Shown: in pieces, positions 54,829 through 64,000 of the stretch | Numbering within the stretch: the first letter of the stretch is position 1 | How the letters are laid out: each line of letters begins with the position of its first letter | From: Eledone cirrhosa | Lineage: Eukaryota | Assembly (NCBI GenBank): GCA_964016885.1 | Contig: OZ024742.1 | Location: forward strand, 337,590,001 to 337,654,000 | Length of the DNA: 64,000 nt | Reading direction: 5' to 3' | Made by a program: the position numbers and the translations under genes | The notes under the pieces: model-generated | The model's database searches: none | Seen by the model: the letters and a program-made list of their open reading frames with translations, nothing else | Told to the model about the DNA's origin: nothing

Positions 54829-55634
54829 TCATCATCATCATCATCATCGTTTAACGTCCATGTTCCACGCTTGCATGGGTTTGGACGGGAGTTTTCCCAC
54901 TTGAGGCAAGAGTGGTTGTCTTGCTCGCATAGGACTGTCTGGCGGGCTTTCTACAGCTGGATGCCCTTCCTAACACCAACCACATTTACAGTATGGGGCT
55001 GGGAGGTCTTTACCGTGTTGCCTACACGGCCACATTACAGCGTGAACTGTCTGGCGGGTTTTCTACAGCTGGATGCCCTTCCTAACACCAACCACATTTA
55101 CAGTGTGGGACTGGGAGGTTTTTACCGTGTTGCCTACACGGCCACATTTACAGCGTGGACTGTGTATTTTTTTTGTCGTGACACCTACACGATCTCATTT
55201 GTTTCGGCCTGGATGTTGTGGCACCAACATAACTTTACATTGAAAGGGGCGGTGTGGATGGGGTGGGGGGGGTGGGACGGGGTGTGTTTTGTTAGAGATG
55301 CCTACTGACTGTAGTAGGTTTTACTTTGTATTTCAGGTAAGGCGGGTATTCTCTATTACTGAGTACCGCCAAAGATCTCGGTCCAGTGACATTGTCTTGG
55401 AGAGGTGTAAGTGTGTGAGGTCGGAATTTATCAGCTCGTCCCATGTTTTTCTGGGTCTGCCTACTTCGTGGTTACCGTCTGTCTTTATTGCCCTGCACTT
55501 TTTTATACAGCTGTCGTCTTTCATGCGCATCACGTGACCATACCAACGTAGCCTTCTCTCGACTAAACAACATCTGATCCCTCTTATTTCTAATTTTCCC
55601 CTTAGTTTGTTTATGCTTTGCCGTTCGCGTATAT

Positions 55635-55640
<6 letters not shown>
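54829..55640 (-). mobile_element. RTE-clade LINE 3' fragment (inverted relative to 57203-59218)
   Basis: MRMKDDSC..GRPRKTW; 3' UTR with the same internal duplication as 58860-59120; (GAT)n tail. Confidence 0.88.
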
Positions 55641-55680
<40 letters not shown>

Positions 55681-55762
55681 ATATAATATATATATATATA
55701 ATATATATATATATAATATATATATATATATAATATATATATATAAAATATATATATATAAT

Positions 55763-55794
<32 letters not shown>

Positions 55795-55859
55795 ATATAT
55801 ATAATATATATATATATAATATATATATATATATAATATATTTATTTTATAGAAGGAGC

Positions 55860-55904
55860 TTCTACAGGACTAGCACTGTTTCATTCAGATGAAATCTTCA
55901 GGAA
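55860..55904 (-). ncRNA. Isolated hammerhead motif embedded in (TA)n
   Basis: TTC-CTGAAGA-TTTCATCTGAAT-GAAA-CAG(TGCTAGTC)CTG-TA-GAA. Confidence 0.55.
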
Positions 55905-56083
55905 CACTACGTATATATAATATATATATATATAATATATATATAATATATATATATATAATATATATATAATATATATATATATAATATATAATATATA
56001 TAATATATATATATATAATATATATATATATATATAATATATAATATATAATATATATATATAATATATATATAATATATATT

Positions 56084-57170
56084 AGTAGGACCCCGACGGC
56101 TGAGCTCGAGCCGTTTCGATGGCTAATTCTGGACTAAATGAAAATTTTTATCCTGGTATATGAATCGCCGAGCTTCTCAGGGGGTAATTCCATATATGGT
56201 AAATGTGATTGTCACAAGGATTGGTCAAAAATCTGTTGTTGAGACACATAATTGTATCATGGCAATTTGTTGAAGGAAGGGGTAGCTGAACCTGCCAGTA
56301 GAAGAAAGAGGGAGAGGGGGTGGGGGAAACCCAGTCGTGCGTTGATAGTGCCAACTACAGCAGGGCAGGAGGTCAAGGAAGTATACTATTTTTCATATAC
56401 TTCGTATGAGCTTTATGTAGTTTGCACTAGAATTTTTGTATCATAGCGGCACCCTTAGAGATAGTATTAGTATTCTTTTTCGGGATTCTGATTTATTATT
56501 TCGTATTAGTTTATTTTTTGCACTGGGTGGTTGCTGGCCTTGTGCCTGGGGTAGAAACCTTTATTTCGTATTGGTCTCAGGACTCTAAATTATTATTTTG
56601 TGGTAGATTCTTTAGTATTTTGGCCCCCCACTTGTTGACCCGTCACCGTAAGATATACTCGGTTGATTACTACTACCTCCTAAAAGGGTCTCATTATAAT
56701 TCCGTCCCACCTAGTAAACTTTTCTATAGTCTAGCAGTACCAGTGAGAGACTTGATCGCTGTCGTTGGGGAATAGTAACCAGTAATTGTTTTTTTTTTTT
56801 TATATTTAATTGTTTTTTTTAACATTCTCGGTATTCTTCTATATTCTTACCCCATATTGTTTTACTTTTTGTTTCGACTTCCCCCCCCCCCCCTAGTATA
56901 CTTCCTTGACCTCCTGCCCTGCTGTAGTTGGCACTATCAATGCACGACTGGGTTTCTTCCGCTTTTACCATATATGGAATTACCCCCTGAGAAGCTCGGC
57001 TATTCATATACCAGGATAAAAATTTTAATTTAGTCCAGAATTAGCCGTCGAAACGGCTTGAGCTCAGCCGTCGGGGTCCTACTCGTTCCTATTACCCACT
57101 CTACTACCCTAAGTATTGAGTACTTTGGTGCGTTATGGTCCACCTGGTTCCTTACCACATTTCCTTCGTT
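56084..57170 (+). mobile_element. Fold-back element with nested inverted arms, hammerhead-like motif (56982-57077) and 3' tail
   Basis: 56084-56203 vs 56964-57083; ~56326-56388 vs 56894-56956; ACCCC-CTGAGAA-..CGGCTA..TAGCCGTC-GAAA-CGGCT(TGAGCTC)AGCCG-TC-GGGGT. Confidence 0.8.
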
Positions 57171-57202
57171 ATATATAATATATATATATATATATAATAT
57201 AT

Positions 57203-59218
57203 GTGGTTGTTCCAAAGGACTGGCGTAGCACCATCATCATTAACTGTTACAAGGGTAAAGGAAATGCCCTAGATAGGAGTAACTATAGAGGCATTAAATT
57301 AATCGACCAGGTCATGAAGGTCACCGAAAAAGTTATAGCGCAACTAATCAGAGAGAGAATTGATCTAGATGAAATGCAGTTCGGTTTTGTGTCAGGCAAA
57401 AGTACCACAGACGCTCTTTTCATTATACGACAACTACAGGAGAAGTACCTAGCTAAAAGTAAACCCCTATATTTAGCTTTTGTTGACTTGGAGAAAGCCT
57501 TCGACAGAGTCCCCCGTTCCATTATCTGGTGGGCTCTTAGAAAACTAGGTGTTGACGAATGGCTTGTGAGAGCTATACAAGCCATGTATAAAGAAACAGT
57601 CAGCAAGGTTAGAATTAACAACGAATATAGTGAAGAGTTTAGTGTAAAAGTTGGTGTACATCAGGGCTCTGTTCTTAGCCCCCTACTATTTATTATTGCC
57701 CTTCAGGCTATAACAGTGGAGTTCAAGACCGGCTGCCCATGGGAACTCCTATACGCAGATGATCTAACGCTCATAGCTGAATCAATGGCCGAGCTAGAGA
57801 AGAAATTCCAAACATGGAAGCATGGCCTAGAATCAAAAGACTTAAAATTAACCTGGCTAAGACTAAAGTTCTAGTTTGTAGGAAAGAAAATAAGGCGACG
57901 GTCCCTTCCGGGAAATGGCCATGTTCAGTGTGTAGGAAAGGCGTAGGTAGAAACTCCATTTTATGTCCCAAATGCAAAGTATGGGTGCATAAAAGATGTA
58001 GTGGGATCACAGGTAAGCTAACTAAGAACATAGATTTTACATGTGGCCGGTGCTCTGATGCAATAAGTAACAGCAAGTGGCCACAAATATTAGCTCTTTC
58101 AATTGCGCAGAGGGTTCTATAGAAATAGTGGATAGCTTTCGTTACCTGGGTGACAAAATCAGCAGTGGGGGAGGGTGCTCTGAAAGTACAGTAGCTAGAG
58201 TCAGAACTGGATGGAAAAAGTTCAGAGAGCTTATACCACTATTAGCCACTAAAGAGTTCTCCCTAAAAATGAAAGGCAGGTTGTATGATGCCTGCAAACG
58301 AACAGCAATGTTGCATGGCAGTGAGACCTGGGCATTGTGTGCAGAGGATATACGCAGACTAGAGAGGAACGAAGCTTGCATGCTCCGCTGGATGTGTAAT
58401 AGTAACATACGTGAACGGTCAAAGCATAAGCGAACTAAGGAAAAAAATTAGAAATAAGAGGGATCAGATGTTGTTTACTCGAGGGAAGGGTACGTTGGTA
58501 TGGTCACGTGATGCGCATGAAAGACGACAGCTGTATAACAAAGTGCAGGGCAATAAAGATAGACGGTAGCTACGGAGTAGGCAGACCCAGAAAAACCTGG
58601 GACGAGCTGATAAATTCCAACCTCACACACTTACACCTCTCCAAGACAATGTCACTGGGACCGAGACCTTTGGCAGTACTCAGTAATAGAAGAAGACCCG
58701 GCTTACCTAAATACAAAGTAAAAACCTACTGCAAGTCAGTAGGCATCTCTAACAAAAATACACCTCCGTCCCACCACCACCCACCCCATCCACCACCGCC
58801 CCTTGTCAATGTAAAAGTTATGTTGGTGCCACAACATCCAGGCCGAAACAAATGAGATCGTGTAGGTGTCACGACAAAAAAAACACACAGTCCACGCTGT
58901 AATGTGGCCGTGTAGGCAACACGGTAAAAACCTGCCAGCCCCACACTGTAAATGTGGTTGGTGTTAGGAAGGGCATACCAGCTGTAGAAAACCCGCCAGA
59001 CAGTCCACGCTGTAATGTGGCCGTGTAGGCAACACGGTAAAAACCTCCCAGCCCCACACTGTAAATGTGGTTGGTGTTTAGGGAAGGGCATCCAGCTGTA
59101 GAAAACCCGCCAGACAGTCCTATTGCGAGCAAGACAATCACTCTTGCCTCAAGTGGGAAAACCCCCGTCCAAACCCATGCAAGCGTGGAACACGGACGTT
59201 AAACGATGATGATGAGAT
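57203..59218 (+). mobile_element. RTE-clade LINE, 5'-truncated (RT, Cys-rich insert, C-terminus, 3' UTR)
   Basis: FVDLEKAFD, GVHQGSVLSP, YADD; frameshifts; (GAT)n tail. Confidence 0.92.
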
Positions 59219-59611
59219 GATATATATATATAATATATATATATATAATATACTATAGTATATATATTATATATATATATTATATATATATATATAATAT
59301 ATAATATATATATATAATAATATATAATATATAATATATAATATATATATAATAATATATATATATAATATATAATATATATATATATAATATATAATAT
59401 ATATATATAATATAAAATATATATATATAATATATAATATATATATATATAATATATAATATATATATATAATATATATAATATATATATATATAATATA
59501 ATATATATATATTTAATATTATATATATATAATATAATAATATAATATATATATATAATATATATATATATATAATATAATATATATATATATAAATATA
59601 ATATATAATAT

Positions 59612-59654
<43 letters not shown>

Positions 59655-59737
59655 TAAATATAATATATAATATATATATATATTACATATATATATAAAT
59701 ATAATATAAAATAATATATATAAATATATATATATAA

Positions 59738-59780
<43 letters not shown>

Positions 59781-59885
59781 ATATATATAATAATATAATA
59801 TATATAATATATAATAGTATAATATATATATTATACTAATATATATATATATATATAATATAATATAATATAATATATATATATA
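59219..59885. repeat. Long interrupted (TA)n tract
   Basis: ~670 bp of TA/TAA. Confidence 0.9.
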
Positions 59886-61222
59886 TAACGCTCATAGCTG
59901 AATCAATGGCTGAGCTAGAGAAGAAATTCCAAACATGGAAGCACGGCCTAGAATCAAAAGGCCTTAAAATTAACCTGGCTAAGACTAAAGTTCTAGTTTG
60001 TAGGAAAGAAAATAAGGCGCCGGTCCCTTCCGGGAAATGGCCCATGCTCAGTGTGTAGGAAAGGCGTAGGTAGAAACTCCATTTTATGTCCCAAATGCAA
60101 AGTATGGGTGCATAAAAGATGTAGTGGGATCACAGGTAAGCTAACTAAGAACATAGATTTTACATGTGGCCGCGTGCTCTGGTGCAATAAGTAGCAGCAA
60201 GTGCCCACAAAATACTAGCTCTTTCAATTGCGCAGAGGGTTCTATAGAAATAGTGGACAGCTTCCGTTACCTGGGTGACAAAATCAGCAGTGGGGGAGGG
60301 TGCTCTGAAAGTACAGTAGCTAGAGTCAGAACTGGATGGAAAAAGTTCAGAGAGCTTATACCACTTATTAGCCGCTAAAGCGTTCTCCCTAAAAATGAAA
60401 GGCAGGTTGTATGATGCCTGCATACGAACAGCAATGTTGCATGGCAGTGAAACCTGGGCATTGTGTGCAGAGGATATACGCAGACTAGAGAGGAACGAAG
60501 CTTGCATGCTCCGCTGGATGTGTAATAGTAATATACGTGAACGGCAAAGCATAAACGAACTAAGGAAAAAATTAGAAATAAGAGGGATCAGATGTTGTTT
60601 ACTCGAGAGAAGGCTACGTTGGTATGGTCACGTGATGCGCATGAAAGACGACAGCTGTATAACAAAGTGCAGGGCAATAAAGATAGACGGTAGCCACGGA
60701 GTAGGCAGACCCAGAAAAACCTGGGACGAGCTGATAAATTCCGATCTCACACACTTACACCTCTCCAAGACAATGTCACTGGACCGAGACCTTGGCGGTA
60801 CTCAGTAATAGAGAAGACCCACCTTACCTAAATACAAAGTAAAACCTACTACAGTCAGTAGGCATCTCTAACAAAATACACCCCGTCCCACCACCCCCAC
60901 CGACCATCCACACCGCCCCTTTCAATGTAAAGTTATGTTGGTGCCACAACATCCAGGCCGAAACAAATGAGATCGTGTAGGTGTCACGACAAAAAAAACA
61001 CACAGTCCACGCTGTAATGTGGCCGTGTAGGCAAACACGGTAAAAACCTGCCAGCCCCACACTGTAAATGTGTTTGGTGTTAGGAAGGGCACTCCAGCTG
61101 TAGAAAACCCGCCAGACAGTCCTATGCGAGCAATGACAACCACTCTTGCCTCAAGTGGGAAAACTCCCGTCCAAACCCATGCAAGCGTGGAACATGGATG
61201 TTAAACGATGATGATGATGATG
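59886..61222 (+). mobile_element. Second, highly similar RTE 3' copy
   Basis: Begins TAACGCTCATAGCTGAATC as at 57765; collinear to the (GAT)n tail. Confidence 0.9.
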
Positions 61223-61226
61223 TATA

Positions 61227-61272
<46 letters not shown>

Positions 61273-61899
61273 ATATATAATAAATATATATATAAATATA
61301 AGTATATATATATATATAATATATATATATAATATGATACTATATATATATATAATATTGGCTTGGCAACTTGTTGGTATAGGATATGAATTGTTGAACG
61401 ACCAGATTTTAAATTTTAATATTTTAAATCGACAGTAATCGGATTTATGTATGGCTTTAAATTTTTCAGAATACAAGGAAAACATACAAAAAAGATAAGT
61501 TTTTGTGCTTTGACGCAATTATTTTGAAGTATATTTTACATATATTAGCATTTAAACATGTTTATTTTCACCGCGTGATACCTTCATAAAAACAACACAC
61601 ACACGTGCTTTCTATTTTTCTTTGAGTACCATACAGAGTAACTTAGGTAGATCTAGTATTATTTTGATTTTTCTGTGTAACATAATTAAATTTAATATAA
61701 TTTTATTTGTTTTTGACTCGGTGAGCATGTGTGTTTCTTGTTTCTTGTTTGATATATTGATATTACAATAACTATGGTCAATCTATACGGTTCCCGTTAT
61801 TTATATTTGTAAACAAACATTTAAATTCAACTTATATATCTTTAACATTTTGGGTTTCTTTCTTTCATTCATTCATTTAATTTAAAATTTATTCTTTGG

Positions 61900-64000
61900 C
61901 CACTCTCTCACTCACTTTCTGAATTGCTATTTCTCACGCCTGTCTCTATCTCTCTCCTTCCTTCCTCTCTCTCTCTCTCTAGATCACACGAGCTCTCTCC
62001 CCTCTCTCTCTCTCTCTCTCTCTCTCTAAATCGCACCTTGAATTTCTCACCGACTTATCTATCTCCTCTATCTCTCTCTAACCTTTCCTCCCACTCTTCC
62101 CGCTATCTCTCTCGCTCCTCTCTTCTGTCTCTCTCCCCTTTCTTTTCTTCTGTTTCTTTTTCTCTCTCTCTCTTTTCTCCTCTAAATCGCTCTTTCAATA
62201 TCTCACTGGACTTATATCTCCCTCCTCTCCCTCTGTCCCTCTCTACCCTCTACCCTACACTTCCCACTATCTCTCTCTTCTCCCTCCACACAGCGAAATG
62301 GACTGCATACAGGAAAAAGGTGAAATTAGAAGTCAGCGAAACTGGTCAAAAGATGGAACTAGCGTTTTTGATCAACGGGTGGACCATGGTTGATGGGTCT
62401 CCACCAAGCAAAAAGATGGCGGAGAATCTGAAAAGCCATGGGTTTCTGAGGACCCTGGCACAGATAGAGAGAAAGAGAAAAGAAATTGAGAAGGTGTATG
62501 TCCTCATAGCGCCACATATGACGATGCTAAGCCGTGTCCTCAGGGAGGAGAAAACCGAAGAGAGAGATGAGGAGAAAGAGAGAGAAAAAGAAAAGGAGGA
62601 GAGCACAAGCACGGACCTGAAAGAAAATGAGATACCCTCTGCCACACAGTCAGGGAGGGCAGGCCGGGCAACCAAACAAGCAAAGGGCAAAGGTGAAAAG
62701 CGAAATCACCTTCTGAAAGAGAACCAAGCGCAGAGGGACCAGTAGACAACTGTTCAAAGGAAGAACAGAAAGCACCGAGACACTGCGGAGCAAAAAAACC
62801 CAAGTAATGTGCAAGTTTTTCAAGAACGGGACATGCTGGCATGGAGAGACAGGGATGGGCTGCAGATTCGCCCACCCTAGGTCTCAAACGAACTATGCCC
62901 ATCCTACTCGCGCAACATGCCCCAGCCAAAGCCGAAATAAGCCAGCTCCAGAAGTATGCTGATGTCGCGCGTGCCGCACCAACAAGGAGAAGGCACGCAC
63001 ATGCCGACGTGATACAGATGGCAGCAGCAGAGCAGAAAAATTTTTTAGTGATGGCAGAGAAGATTGTGGACAGCTGACCTGGCTGCATCATCTCCAGAGC
63101 CAGGGTCATCCACACCAGCACTCGAGACCAACCACAGTTTAAAGGACCCAGAGTGGCCGCCACTGACACCAGACCAGGTGTCATACCGACAAGCCATTAC
63201 TGGCCACCACCCAAAAGTCACACCAATGCTGCTGCTGAATGTCAGAGGCCTGGTGAAACTCAGTAACATGAGTAAAATTTTCTACCTGGGAGACTTAGCC
63301 ATAAGCAATCAAGCACTATGCATGGCACTAACCGAAACGCACCTGACACAGCAATATAGCAGATGCAGAAATACATATACCGAAATATACTGTATTTCGT
63401 TCGGACAGGAAGGAGAGAACTCATGGTGGGGTTGCTCTGTATATCCGTGAAGATGTCACACCAATTGTACTGTTGACACATTCAAACTCAGTCTGTGACA
63501 CACTGATAGTACATATGAAGCAACTACAGACAGTAATATGTGTCACATATATCGGCCGCCCGATGCCCCCAGTCATGAGGGTAAATTTGAGGATAGCCTA
63601 AGTAGGATAGAAGAAGTCCTTGACAAACTGGACCAGGGTCTCAACATTCTACTGCTGGGAGAACTTCAACCTACCAAAGGTCAAATGGCCTGAGGGCCAC
63701 CTCCTCCCTGGAAATGATGTCAATAGAACAGAGACAGACGGAATCCCTGCTGGCCTTCACACACACAGGCTGTTCATGGAGCAAGCAATACTCCTCCCCA
63801 ACAAGAGGCGAAAATGTCCTGGACCTCTGTTTTACAAACAACGAAGTGCTCATCCACAATGTAAAGATGACACACCAACAATTCTCTCGGATCATAACTT
63901 AGTAGAGCTAATGATATATGGTCCAAGAGAACCAACAGAGACAAAACCACCAAGAAGCTCCGGGACGCTATCCAGCCTTAACTTCTAACAAGGCTAACTG
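61900..64000 (+). mobile_element. CR1/L2-group LINE 5' part (CT-rich leader, ORF1 with Cys/His motif, APE endonuclease), degenerate, runs off window end
   Basis: CKFFKNGTCWHG..CRFAHP near 62809-62877; LLNVRGL..ALTETHL, YRPP, FNLPKVKW, LSDHNLV. Confidence 0.75.

Noticed and set aside
61924-62297. Ser/Leu-rich N-terminus of the 273-aa ORF
   Set aside because: Translation of a CT-rich low-complexity leader; coding potential plausibly starts near the ATG at 62298 or later.

Overview
Repeat-saturated, AT-rich animal genomic DNA, not prokaryotic; the SINE/LINE repertoire and long (TA)n/(CA)n tracts look cephalopod (Octopus-like), which is an inference. One host gene can be reconstructed: a 4-coding-exon TTC33 orthologue on + (29632-43216, 266 aa, all introns GT-AG). 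The rest is mostly nested transposons: RTE, Tx1/L1, Dong/R4, CRE and CR1 LINE fragments, tRNA-derived SINEs, a Gypsy LTR element with an unusually long 32-nt tRNA-Trp PBS and a hAT transposon (8-bp TSD) inserted in its RT, and three Penelope-like (Naiad-type GIY-YIG) fragments. The strongest unexplained signal is a dozen or more unrelated fold-back or tandem elements in or next to (TA)n tracts. Many share an 'arm / inverted arm + one-sided tail' layout, and about ten families carry type-I hammerhead ribozyme motifs with palindromic loop III, covarying stems and core variants (U3-A8, C4). One family also occurs as a 419-bp tandem repeat, like a retrozyme. Two Penelope 5' junctions contain inverted copies of neighbouring flank DNA, which suggests fold-back priming at TA targets. 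All calls were made by eye; no database search was run.
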